Source: Eledone cirrhosa
Taxonomy: Eukaryota
Direction of reading: 5' to 3'
NCBI GenBank assembly: GCA_964016885.1
Contig: OZ024741.1
Coordinates: forward strand, 332,940,001 to 333,004,000
Length of the DNA stretch: 64,000 nucleotides
Shown: in pieces, positions 1 to 12,732 of the stretch
Layout of the letters: each line of letters opens with the position of its first letter
Position numbering within the stretch: position 1 is the first letter of the stretch
Notes under the pieces: generated by a model
The model's input: only the letters and a program-made list of their open reading frames with translations
Told to the model about the DNA's origin: nothing
The model's database searches: none
Made by a program: the position numbers and the translations under genes

Positions 1-1248
1 TGTGTGTGTCTGTGTGTGCACGTGTATGTGCACGTGTATGTATGTATATCTTTCATATGTTAGGAGATTTAGAAGTGAGTTTTTTCTGTTAGATAGAGTC
101 ATAGAAAGTTATCTGTGGTCAGCTTGAACATAGCTGAGATATATGATGTAGAAGAAATTATAAAAACTTTCCTTACTCGAGTTCTTAATTCAAACTCATT
201 TGCTGTGGAAATCTGTAGATTCAGCTTTCAAGTTGTCATATAAAAGCTGCATGGTGTGTTGAATATTTGTGGGTGGCCCAGGTTTGGCCAATAAATTCTA
301 CATAAAAGAGAGAGAGAATTGGTCTCCCTTAGCAAACTCTGTGCCAGAATAAAGGGTATAACAACATCACTTAATGAACATCAGTACACAGATAAGGTGA
401 CAGTTAGTGTAATGGTAACAGATAATTATCAATTCATCATCACACTGTAAAGTGGTCATTTTGGTACCACAGCTAAAGCACACAGCCTACAGCAAAAAGT
501 GATCATTTTGGAGTCATGACAAAAAGCTCCCAGTCCACACTGTAAAGTGATCGTGTTGGTGACATGACAAAAAGTGCCAAGTTTTATGATGTAAAGTTGT
601 TGATTTGGTGTCACAGCAAAGGGTGTCTAGTCCACACTGTAAATGTTGTTGGCATTAGGAAGTGCATCAGGCCAGAGAAACCAAACCAGAAACAATTCTG
701 TATGAGCAAGACATGGTCATCTGATCTGGGTTTGTCTCACAATGGGACAACTCGTCTAACCCATGCTAGCATGGGAAAATGGATGTTAAACCATGATGAG
801 GATGTATATGAAAGAATGGATGAAACTATCACTCTATATAAAACAAAGATCTTTAATCGGCCAGCATGCAACACACAGAAACTTTGTCCAGCAATGTCAG
901 TATATGAATAGTTGTTGAAAAATGTAAATCCCTTCTAATATCTGGATAGCCATTTATCACCATCCTTTCTCCCCCACCCACATATACACACATGTGAACG
1001 CACACAGACACACACATATAACATAGTTGGCATTCTGAACGACATCCAGCTGTAGAAACCAAGCCAAAATACAGATCCTCATGAGCAAGATGTGGTCACC
1101 TGGCCTGAATTTTTTCATAACATGACAACCTGTCTGACACATGCAAGCATGAAAAGTGGGCATTGGTTAAATAGCCTCGTCTCTCTCAATCCATATTTTT
1201 GTGTGTATATATATATACACACAATTCAAATTATAAGATATATGTATA

Positions 1249-1318
<70 letters not shown>

Positions 1319-1321
<3 letters not shown>

Positions 1322-1488
1322 CAAAGAGATATTTAATTTGTTGGTAATTCAACAAATTTATTTATAACAGATTCGAAGACCTCAACACTTTCCTGGAGTA
1401 TAATATCAATGATATTAATAAATGGAAAACTATATTTATAAAACCATATTTATTTTATTATATATATTTCAAGGGTACCAAAAATCAT

Positions 1489-1490
<2 letters not shown>
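1319..1490 (-). mobile_element. Truncated copy of the hammerhead-bearing (TA)n-inserted family (3' half of ribozyme only)
   Basis: Reverse complement tggtacccttGAAAtatataTAataaaataaatatggttttataaatatag matches 37555-37630; related 3' end also at ~8462-8565. Confidence 0.7.
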
Positions 1491-1553
<63 letters not shown>

Positions 1554-1556
<3 letters not shown>

Positions 1557-3915
1557 CTAGAGGCGACGGATGAGTTCTGTGGCTGGAGTAAGATCATAAG
1601 CAGGAGGAGAATGACTTGGTGGTGGAACAATAAGGTAGAAGAGGCAGTTAAGGTCAAGAGACAGGCATGGAAAGAATGAAAGAACGGGGGAAGCAGGGTA
1701 CATTACATAGAGACCAAGAGGGAAGCTAGGCGACAAGTATACTTAGCTAGGAGGGAAGCAGAGGATAGAAAATCCAAGCATGTTCTGCTACGTGAGGACC
1801 AGAAACAGGAGGTGTTCAAGATTGCGAGGCAGTGTGTTAGAGAGAATTGTGATGTTATTGGAGAGAAGTGTATCCAGAATGATAAAGGTGAGCTTGCCCT
1901 CACAAGTGCTGAGCAGAAAGATGCATGGAAAAGCCATTATGATAGATTACTAAATGAAGAGAATGCATGGGAAGAAGAGACCCTACCCCAAATTAGACCC
2001 TATAGAGGGGCCAGCAGTACAAGTCAGCAGTAGCGTAGTAAGTAAGGCAATCAAAGATATGAAGATGGTCCATTGTGTATAGCTGCCGAGATGCTGAAGG
2101 CATCTGGGTTTGTAGGTCACACTATAACAACATGTATTGTTAACCAGGTAATACTAGAAGGTGTCATACCAAAAGATTGGTGCAGTAGCATCATTGTCAA
2201 CTGCTACAAAGGTAAAGGTGATGCACTAGATAGAGGAAACTATAGCGGTATAAAGCTGATGGACCAGGTCATGCAAGTAACAGAAAGAGTTATAGCAGTT
2301 ATATTGATTAGGGACCGGGTGAAACTAGATGAGATTCAATTTGGGTTTGTACCAGGAAGAGGCACCACTGATGCTCTCTTCTTTGTGAGGCAGATACAGG
2401 AAAAGTACCTAGCTAAAAGTAAGCCACTCTACCTGGCATTCGTCGATCTTGAGAAAGCCTTTGACAGAGTTCCACGTGCTATAATCTGGTGGGCTCTTAG
2501 AAAACTAGGAGTAGATGAATGGCTTGTGAAAGCTGTACAAGACGTGTATAGAGGAGCAGTCAGCAAAAGTTGGGATTAGCAATGAGTATAGCGAGGAATT
2601 TAGCGTACAGGTTGGTGTCCACCAGGGCTCTGTTCTTAGCCCTCTCCTGTTCATCATAGTCTTGCAGGCAATAACAGAGGAGTTTAAGACCGGATGCCCA
2701 TGGGAACTCCTGTATGCAGATGACCTCGCACTTATAGCTGAATCTATGGTAGAACTAGAGAAGAAATTCCAAACTTGGAAGCAGGGACTAGAAAGAAAGG
2801 GTCTCAAAGTCAACATGACAAAGACTAAGGTCCTTGTAAGTAGCCGAGAAAACAGAACCCAGATTCCCTCAGGGAAATGGCCTTGCTCAGTATGTAGGTA
2901 GGAACTCCATTCTCTGCCCCAAATGCAAACAATGGGTACACAAGAGATGTAGCAGGATCACAGGAAGCTTAATTAAGAATATAGGCTTCACATGTAGCAG
3001 CTGTGCTGGGACAGCAAGCAGCAAACAGCCACAGGAAACAAGTGCCACCAATCTCTGGGAGGGCTCTGTAGAAACAGTAGACAGCGTCTGCTACCTAGGT
3101 GACTGAATTAACAGCGGAGGTGGGTGTTCAGAAAGTACAATAACTAGGGTAAGAACGGGATGGAAGAAGTTCAGGGAACTACTGCCACTGCTAGTTGCAA
3201 AAGGCTTCTCCCTCAAAATGAAAGACAGACTGTATGATGTGTATATACGAACAGCAATGTTACATGGTAGTGAGACCTGGGTGCTGTCTGTGGAAGACTT
3301 GCGTAAATTAGAAAGAAACGAAGCCTGCATGCTCCGATGGATGTGTAATAGTAATATACACGAACGGCAAAGCATAAACAAATTGAGAGAGTGACTGATC
3401 ATAAGAGGAATCAAATGCTGTGTGCAGGAGAGGCGGTTGCGTTGGTATGGACATGTGATGCATATGAAGGATGACAGCTGCATAAAAAGGTGCAGAGCAC
3501 TAGAAGTCGATGGAAACCGCAGAGTGGGGAGACTCAAGAAGATCTGGGATGAAGTGATAAAAGCCGACCTTACCCAATTACAGGCGATGACACATGACTG
3601 TGACCTCTGGCGTCACGCAGTAATACAGAAGACCTGATCCCCCACAGGTACAAGCCGAAGCTGAAGCATATAGACAATATGCCCCCACACCCTCCTACTG
3701 CAAAGTGGTCGTGGAGGTGCCACGGCAAAAAAGCACCCAGCACTCACTGTAAATGAGGTTGGTGTTAGGAAGGGCATCTAGCTGTAGAAATCAAGCCAGA
3801 ATCAGTTCCCGTATGAGCAAGGCATGGTCAGCCGACCGGACACTGCCCACAACAGGACAATCCGTCTAACCCATGCTAGCGTGGAAGAACGGACGTAAAA
3901 TAGTTTGATGATGAT
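1554..3915 (+). mobile_element. 5'-truncated RTE-clade LINE, decayed ORF (RT and C-terminus) plus 3' UTR and (GAT)n tail
   Basis: Frameshifted pieces TWWWN, KGKGDALDRGNYSGI, QFGFVPGRGTTDA, FVDLEKAFDRVPR, HQGSVLSPLLF, LLYADDL, RRLRWYGHV; 5' end abuts (TA)n; ends gatgatgat. Confidence 0.9.
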
Positions 3916-3921
3916 ATATAT

Positions 3922-4093
3922 AACATCACGGACGCTCAATCTCAAAATTATTTTTGAAAAGCATTAGAAATGCGCAACCGGTAAAACTTAAACCAAAACT
4001 GAATACTAACCAATACTATTACTAATTCTCACTTATTCCTAATTAAACTATTTTTCACTGTGAACAATTTGTCAGCATCTTCTTTTCCGTTTA

Positions 4094-4097
<4 letters not shown>
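3922..4097 (+). mobile_element. Penelope terminal-repeat-like fragment with hammerhead-like motif (3951-3986); second copy at ~16355-16534
   Basis: Two highly similar copies, both bounded by (TA)n; TTGAAAA-gcatt-aga-aatgc-GCAA-ccgg-TA layout parallels the motif at 46529. Confidence 0.5.
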
Positions 4098-4135
<38 letters not shown>

Positions 4136-4894
4136 TAGAGAAATTAATGTGAGCAAGAAGCCTACAGTATTTCATAATATATAAGTGACTATAACGTCAA
4201 AATGGAAAATAATTAACGTAAGATATAGGAAAAGAGTCAGGACCGCGACGGCAGAGCTCAAGCCGTTTCGACGGCTATTTCTGTCATCGGGGTCCTGACT
4301 CTTTTTCTATTACCCAAAGTATCGTGTACTCTGGTGCATTATGGTCCACCTGGTCCCTTACCACACTTCCTTCGTTATATAGGAAGGGCATCCAGCTGTA
4401 GAAATCAAGCCAAAATCAGTTCCTGTATGAGCAAGGCATGGTCAGCCGACTAGACACTGCCCATAACAGGACACCCGTCTAACCCATGCTAGCATGGAAG
4501 AACGGACGTAAAACGGTGATGATGATATATATATAGAGAGAGAGGGGGGGGAGAAAAAGCCATATATCATTAGAGAAACAGTATTTTGTAAATATATATA
4601 AAGCATATAATATTTAAGAAAAAGTACTTTAAGGTGGAAAAGTATTTTGTACCAATCTATGAACTATGAAATGGGACCGTGAGAAATATAAGAACTATTG
4701 ATGTTCTGGACAAACATCCATTGTGCTTTTCTACTGAGAAACATAATTATCATACATATTAAATATGTTATGATACCTGAACTTAGTATATACATATATA
4801 TTAATTCTTCATTGAGCCACATCGTGAATGGTTGCCAAAACACATATATATCTATGACTTTGTTTTATTGGTGTATATGTAAATCTATATATAT

Positions 4895-5246
4895 ATCATC
4901 ATCATCATCATCATCATCATTTTACGTCCGCTTTTCCCTGCTTGCAAGGGTGGGACGGGAACTGATTCTGGCATGATTTCTACAGTTGGATGCCCTTCCT
5001 AACACCAACCTCATTTACAGTGAGTGCTGGGTGCTTTTTTTTCCGTGGCACCTACACGACCACTTTGCAGCGGAATGATAGGGACTCCAGTCCCTATCAT
5101 CTCATTTCTACAGCTGAGTAAACTGGAGCAATGTGAAATAAAGTGTCTTGCTCAAGGAAACAACACATAATCACCCGGTCGGAGAATTGAACTCACAACC
5201 TTTCGATTGCAAGGCCAATGCTCTAACCACTAAGCCATGTGCCTCC
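4895..5246 (-). mobile_element. tRNA-derived CORE-type SINE with RTE-derived tail
   Basis: Head with A box tggcttagtgg and B box gagttcaattc; CORE-like ccttgagcaagacactt...cagtttactcagctgtagaaatg; tail shared with the LINE 3' UTR; (GAT)n. Confidence 0.85.
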
Positions 5247-5338
5247 ATATATATACATATATATATACATAATATGTCCCAAGGCTCTGATACCATCAAC
5301 ACCATAAACACAGAGATGACATATCTAAGAATTGACTA

Positions 5339-5394
5339 ACTGCCTGATGAGGTCATAGTCATTCAATGGCTATCATCGAAATATATATAGCAGT
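5339..5394 (+). ncRNA. Type I hammerhead ribozyme (canonical core)
   Basis: Stem I actgc/gcagt; CTGATGA 5344-5350; stem II ggt/atc enclosing atagtcat-tca-atggctat; GAAA 5378-5381; stem III ATATATAT; predicted cleavage after A5389. Confidence 0.85.
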
Positions 5395-5699
5395 AAATAT
5401 ATATATATATACATATATATATATACATATATATATACATATATATATACATATATATATACATATATATATATATAATACATATATATATATATATATA
5501 TGTACCCACCCACACATAGAAACACATGCACACACTTCTTGTCTCTCTTCTATAATTTGCTCATGTAATCTAACAATTACACTGTATTTCATTAGTCACT
5601 ACCTCCCTGGGTAGTGACTAATCTGTTTTGCCTCGTTATTATCCCATTGTCCTGTTGTTTACTTTCATCACATTTGCTGCGATAAATTTGCCAGCATGA

Positions 5700-6140
5700 C
5701 TTAAGTGCAAGAATTACAGGAGCTGATGCAGTAATGCGCTAACTTCAGCATTCGGTCATCAAAAGAAGAGAGGTAAGTGTAAAAGCCAAACTCTCTATCT
5801 TCAATTCAGTGTTCTTGCCAACCCTTACCAACAGTAATGGGTGAAAGAATATGATCACGAATACAAGCAGCCGAACTGGGTTTCCTCTGAAGGGTCTCTG
5901 GAGTAATGTTACTTGATAGAGTGCATAGCTTGGAGATCAGAGAGTTGTGCCAGGTAGAGCCACTATTTCTCCGAATTGAGAGATCACAGCTCCAATATCA
6001 CAGACATGTGGTTAGAATGTCTCAAGAAATAGTCACTGGACAGATTTTAATGGCAAAACCAATTGGTAGAAGATCCAGGAGTAGACCCCAAGCAAGATTG
6101 TTGGATAACATCCATGAGCTAAGCTGGTTTCGCTTGAGGG
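5700..6140 (+). mobile_element. RTE-clade (Rex3/Expander-like) LINE 3' ORF fragment
   Basis: KAKLSIFNSVFLPTLT, RIQAAELGFL, LDRVHSLEIRELCQVEPLFLRIERSQL, GRRSRSRPQAR. Confidence 0.75.
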
Positions 6141-6425
6141 CACTGCCACTACAACCCTTCCAGTGGGCTAAGTAGAACAAGAAGAATTTTGCCAATTACT
6201 GTGGTATATTGTAGACATTATGGTTATCATCCTTAATATTCCAAATACCAAGACATCTTTTGGGTGTCACTGTCCAAAATGGATGGCCAAAAATCAGTTA
6301 TTGTTTATTTGTTCCATTCATATTGTCTCATTCCATGTTCAATTTGATATACAAAATTTTCTTACTACAGTGTTATTTTTAAACTTGCGTACACACACAC
6401 TCACACACATACCATCATCATTTAA

Positions 6426-6643
6426 CCCTTTAACGTTCAAACCGGCCAAAACCGGCAAGAAATCTCTACCTCTTTCTGTTCAAACTGGCTGTAACAAGCC
6501 ACTCAAACTAATGTTATGGTATTGTTCTCAAAATAAATACTCAAAATCTCATAGATTCTATATTATATGAGATAATTATGTGAGATAAAGCCTTTACCAT
6601 GAAAATATAATAGTAAATATAGAGTAATGTGAATGCTAAAGGG
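6426..6643. mobile_element. TTAA-flanked (piggyBac-type) MITE; inverted relative at 56766-56986
   Basis: TTAA|cccttta ... taaaggg|TTAA termini. Confidence 0.75.
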
Positions 6644-6665
6644 TTAAGGCTTATTTCCCTATATA

Positions 6666-6798
6666 CCGTATTTCCCGGCGCACCCTAATTTTGACAACCA
6701 AAATTTGAAAAAAAAGGATAAACAACCTTCGGCCTCCAGGACACATTGAAGATTTTTGAGACTTATTTTAGAGACTTATTTGACGCCGGGAAATACGA
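6666..6798. mobile_element. Tc2/pogo-type MITE
   Basis: TIRs ccgtatttcccggcg / cgccgggaaatacga flanked by TA. Confidence 0.75.
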
Positions 6799-7058
6799 TA
6801 TATATATTTCTCCAAGATGGCTGACTCAATACACACATACTTTTTTCTTTTTTTCATAAATATATTTTTCCTGTTCTTTCCTCTTCTCACTCTCTATCTT
6901 TCTATTTCATCTTTTATTTCTCATTCCATCTAATGGTGAAGGACTAGTGTCCGAAACATTAAGAATATTTTCCTATTATACCAAACGTTAAACTAATATA
7001 TTTCTTCATTGTACTATGTTGTTTGCTTTTTTATTTCTTTTACTTTTTACACACACAC

Positions 7059-7137
<79 letters not shown>

Positions 7138-7551
7138 TGTATGTCAGTATTATAGACTTGGAAGTGCGATACATGTCATTTCGTGGAGTTGAGAGTGTTA
7201 GAGTTGTCACAGTCAGTGTATAAAGAGTGAGTGGAAGAACAAGACAGATTCTCTGATTTTCTGATTAGAATGGAAGAATTTAGATAAATCTATAGCAAAT
7301 GCTATTTTTAGAATATATGCCTCTCATTATAATATAAGGCCACTTTACTTTGGGTAAAACTAAACTCTTGTCATTCATTGCATATTCTGAAGTGTGATAC
7401 TGTGTATAGTGGATATATATGCCTGTATATATATATATGTGTATATGTATATGTATGTATATTTATATATGTCTATATGTCTATGTATATATGTGTATAT
7501 ATATATATGTATATTTAAATATTTATAAAGGTATATGTATCTCTCTCCCTT

Positions 7552-7646
<95 letters not shown>

Positions 7647-8206
7647 GTGTGTGGTTTCTGCTTTTCTGTTTAACTGTGTGTATGCTGCATGGATATTTGT
7701 CAGTGAGGAGGGTGTATGGAAGTGTTATGGTGAGAGAGAGTGACTGTCCATGTTGTTAGTTGGACCTGTGTATGTGTTTATGTATATATGTGTGTGTGTG
7801 TGTGTGTTTATTTAGAGATATGTGTATGTATGTGGACATTCGTATGTGTTTGTGTTTAGAAGTGTGTGTCTAGGTTGATGTATTTGTCTGTGTCAGTCTC
7901 TGGAAGTTATAAAGTAGTGAATGTGTGTGAGTTTTGTGTGTATGGGTGGATATGTGCCTGCAAATGTATGTGTATGTATGCATGTATGTATGCATATGTA
8001 TGAATATGTATGTATATGTATGTATATCCATGTATGTATGTATGAATGTATGTATATGTAGCTATGACTTCATCTATCTCTCTCTCTCTCTCTCCTTCCC
8101 ATTTTCTCTGTCCTTTCTCTCCTTATATATATATCATCATCATCATCATCATCTCCTTCAACGTCCATTTTTCCGTGCTGGCATGGTATATATATATATA
8201 CATACT

Positions 8207-8265
<59 letters not shown>

Positions 8266-8274
8266 TATACATAC

Positions 8275-8313
<39 letters not shown>

Positions 8314-8316
8314 CAT

Positions 8317-8365
<49 letters not shown>

Positions 8366-8372
8366 CATACAT

Positions 8373-8430
<58 letters not shown>

Positions 8431-8667
8431 ATGTATATATATATGTATATATATATATATATAAGTAGAAGGGGTATTTAATTTGTTGGAAGTCCGACAA
8501 ATATAAATGTTTATAACTGATTTAGAGCACTCAACAGATAACTGGAATAAATATTCAATAAAATATATATGTATGTATATATATGTATATATATATATAT
8601 AATATATATGGCTTGATTATTATCAAATTATTGTTATCAATATGGTGCAACAATAATACAGTGAATG

Positions 8668-8710
<43 letters not shown>

Positions 8711-8711
<1 letters not shown>

Positions 8712-8858
8712 CGCTTTTTGGAACGCATCAAAAGGTATGCTTGCTGGGAACAGCAAGAACCCTCCGATACATCCTGAATATCTGAGGCTGCAGGTAGTGG
8801 CTTGATATTCATTTCAACAAACTTTCCAGTTAACTAACATCAATGACTGAGACTCAAA

Positions 8859-8860
<2 letters not shown>
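8711..8860 (+). mobile_element. R4/Dong-like (restriction-like endonuclease) non-LTR 3' end within (TAA)n
   Basis: Alternative frame reads FGTHQKVCLLGTARTLRYILNI-stop (8783-8785); (AAT)n on both sides. Confidence 0.65.
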
Positions 8861-8879
<19 letters not shown>

Positions 8880-8898
<19 letters not shown>

Positions 8899-9505
8899 TT
8901 CTTTATTAGCCGCAAGGGCTGACATCAAGAAAAACATTACAGATGGTACAGGACGGTGCGATGTGGGTTTTGTGCGTGTAAAGATTTTTATTATTTATAA
9001 ATTGGCAGTATCGGTAGAGGGTCGGACACCATGCTTTGCAGCAAAGAGTTACGGCCCTTTATGGTCTGAGTTCAAATCCCGTCGAGGTTAACTTTACCTT
9101 TCATCCTTACGGGGTCGATAAAATAAAGTACCAGTAATGTACTGAGTAATTGCTGGCCTTGTGCCAAAAGTAGACACAATTATTTATATAAGAAACGAAA
9201 AAGAAAAAAAGACATAGAAACATATATATAAACAATAAAAATGAAAATTCAAACAATGAAAAATTCCCCAATAGGGGGGAAACCTCCGAGGGTTACTTGT
9301 GGCGAAAACCCACACAAAAGATCACGGCCACCCTGACCACCAGGGCAAGTGCCCTCTCTCAATTTTTTCCCATTCCTCAAACTACAGGCGTATATTCAGA
9401 GAGGTCCCGTTCACTCGGACCATTCTCGCTACATTCACCCACCTTTCAACAAACTTGCTAGAAGGCAGCACTTGCCTCTCCACCCGGATTTTCCTCTTCA
9501 AGTGA
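8880..9505 (-). mobile_element. Probable L1/Tx1-like LINE 3' end, interrupted by a SINE at 9001-9185
   Basis: Minus frame HLKRKIRVERQVLPSSKFVERWVNVARMVRVNGTSLNIRL-stop, then a T-rich UTR and AATAAA + (TTA)n. Confidence 0.5.
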
Positions 9506-9630
9506 TGCTGATGTAGGCTTTAAAGAATGTGGCAGGGACATAAGACTTGATTCATTTATTTGGTCTTTGATTGCTGTTATTGAGTTGAAATCTTAGGACT
9601 GTATCTTCTCTGTAGACCACTATTACATAG

Positions 9631-9685
<55 letters not shown>

Positions 9686-9772
9686 TAGAGAAACACACAT
9701 GACATAATCATAAACACATACACAGACACATTCACAAACACCTAGACACACAATCACATGCACATAACTTCA

Positions 9773-9817
<45 letters not shown>

Positions 9818-9870
9818 TCAAAAACACTCACACACCCCATTACTCACAAACATATATACTCATACCTATA

Positions 9871-10310
9871 TACTCACAAACACATGTATATATATACCCA
9901 GACAGATACACACACATATATATATATATACTCACAAACACATGTATATATACACCCAGACAGATACACACATACATATATACTCACAAACACATGTATA
10001 TATATATACCCAGACAGATACACACATACATATATACTCACAAACACATGTATATATATACCCAGACAGATACACACATACATATATACTCACAAACACA
10101 TGTATATATATACCCAGACAGATACACACATACATATATACTCACAAACACATGTATATATATACCCAGACAGATACACACGTACATATATACTCACAAA
10201 CACATGTATATATATACCCAGACAGATACACACGTACATATATACTCACAAACACATGTATATATATACCCAGACAGATACACACGTACATATATACTCA
10301 CAAACACATG
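9871..10310. repeat. 52-bp minisatellite, ~8 copies
   Basis: Unit tactcacaaacacatgtatatatatacccagacagatacacacatacatata; cccag recurs at 10061 and 10113. Confidence 0.9.
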
Positions 10311-10431
10311 TACATACCTTGATAGACACACACACTTATATATACACACACATATACACTCATACCTGTATACTCATAAACACATGTGTTGATAGACACA
10401 CACACATATACACACATATCTACATACACAT

Positions 10432-10464
<33 letters not shown>

Positions 10465-10689
10465 CTGAGAGAGAGAAAGTCATACACACACATATATACA
10501 CACATACCTACATACACATACACACACACACACATATATATATATACTGAGAGAAAGTCATACACACACACACATATACACTCATACCTATATACTCACA
10601 AACACATGTACATGCCTAGATAGACACACATATACACACACACATATATACATACACATATATACATACATATATATATATATATTTAT

Positions 10690-10776
10690 GTATATTTATG
10701 TATATATATATATACTGAGAGAGAGAAAGACACACACACACACATATATATACATACATATATATTTATGTATATT

Positions 10777-10815
<39 letters not shown>

Positions 10816-10845
10816 AGAGCGAGAAAGACTCATACATATATATAT

Positions 10846-10902
<57 letters not shown>

Positions 10903-10927
10903 GAGAGAGAAAGACACACACATATAT

Positions 10928-10962
<35 letters not shown>

Positions 10963-11063
10963 GTGAGAGAGAGAAACACACACACATATATATATATACA
11001 TACATATATATATATATATATATGTATACAGTGAGAGACAGAAACACACACACATATAGATAT

Positions 11064-11102
<39 letters not shown>

Positions 11103-11131
11103 GAGAGAAAAACACACACACACATATATAT

Positions 11132-11174
<43 letters not shown>

Positions 11175-11200
11175 GAGCGAGAAAGACACATCACATACAC
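10690..11200. repeat. Compound (TA)n/(GA)n/(CA)n higher-order repeat
   Basis: Recurrent (ta)n-gtgagagag-aaa-(ca)n units of variable length. Confidence 0.8.
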
Positions 11201-11644
11201 ATATATACACACATACCTATATACTCACAAACACATGCATTGCAAGTGCAAATTCCACAAAAGAGACCTGCTGATTGCTACCTAGATGGAAACAATACTA
11301 GTTCACTATATTTCTCTCTGCTTGTCTCACTACAGCAGCTCTGTACAGATGGACTCTATATACACAGATAAATATATAACATTTTACTGACAAACACAAA
11401 AAAAAGGGTCCATTCATAACTGGAGAAGAATTATTTATCAATACAGGTAAGCCTTTGTTTTCAATGTTTATCTTTCATGGGTTTCATTATTCATTATTCA
11501 TTAATATATTGTGTATATGAATCTTTTATTAGTTTTATGTGTTTTTTTTTTATATCTGACAAACTAATTTATCCATATTTGTATGTATGTAGGGGGACTA
11601 TATATGTATGTATGTATGTATGTATGTGGGAGTATGTATGTACA

Positions 11645-12012
11645 GTCAGTAGGCACCTCTAACAAAATACACCCCCACACCATTACCCACACCCCATCAA
11701 CACCACCCCTTTATATGTAAAGTTATGTTGGTGCCACAACATCCAGCCCAAAACAAATGAGGTCGTGTAGGTGTCACAACAAAAAAACACACAGTCCACG
11801 CTGTAATGTGGCCGTGTAGGTAACACGGTAAAAACCTCCCAGTCCACACTGTAAATGTGGTTGGTGTTAGGAAGGGCATCCAGCCGTAGAAAACCCGCCA
11901 GACAGTCCTATGCGAGTAAGACAACCACTCTTGCTTCAAGTGGGAAAACTCCCGTCCAAACCCATGCAAGCGTGGAATATGGACGTTAAACGATGATGAT
12001 GATGATGATGAT
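11645..12012 (+). mobile_element. RTE LINE 3' UTR fragment; related minus-strand copy at ~12743-13085
   Basis: Matches 42740-43139 including aaaacacacagtccacgctgtaatgtggcc and the (GAT)n tail. Confidence 0.75.
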
Positions 12013-12621
12013 GTATGTATGGATGTATGTATATGTGTGTGTATGTATATGTATGTGTATGTATGTGTGTATGTATATGTATGTATGTATTTATTATGTA
12101 TGTAGGGGGAGTATGTATGTGGGAGTATGTATGTATGTATGGATGGATATGTATATGTGTGTGTATGTATATGTATGTGTATGTATGTGTGTATGTATAT
12201 GTATGTATTTATGTATGTATGTAGGGGGAGTATGTATGTATGTGGGAGTATGTATGTATGTATGGATGTATGTATATATATGTGTGTGTGTGTATATGTA
12301 TGTGTATGTATGTGTGTATGTATATGTATGTATTTATGTATGTATATGAGTGTCTGAATGTGTATCTGTATGTATGTATGTATGTATGTGAGTGCCTGTA
12401 TGTTTGTATGCATATGTGTGTATAATTATATATATATATATAGACACATATATATGTATATACATATCTATATTTCCACACATTTATCTATCTATCTTTT
12501 TGTCTGCTTTCTTGCATGTCTATATATCGATTGATATATCTGTATCATGCATATACCCAAACACACACTAAAACTGTCTATAAATAAATAAACACATATA
12601 TTTAAGTATACATACATACAT

Positions 12622-12732
<111 letters not shown>

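Noticed and set aside
6930-6965. ggac-tagt-gtcc-GAAA-cat-TA hammerhead-like stem II
   Set aside because: Upstream core reads atggtgaa, not CUGANGA, and stem I does not pair; at best a dead relic.
9871-10310. Regular repeat arrays as possible CRISPR (also 13122-13335, 18580-18820, 55830-56230)
   Set aside because: No unique spacers, no cas genes, eukaryotic context.
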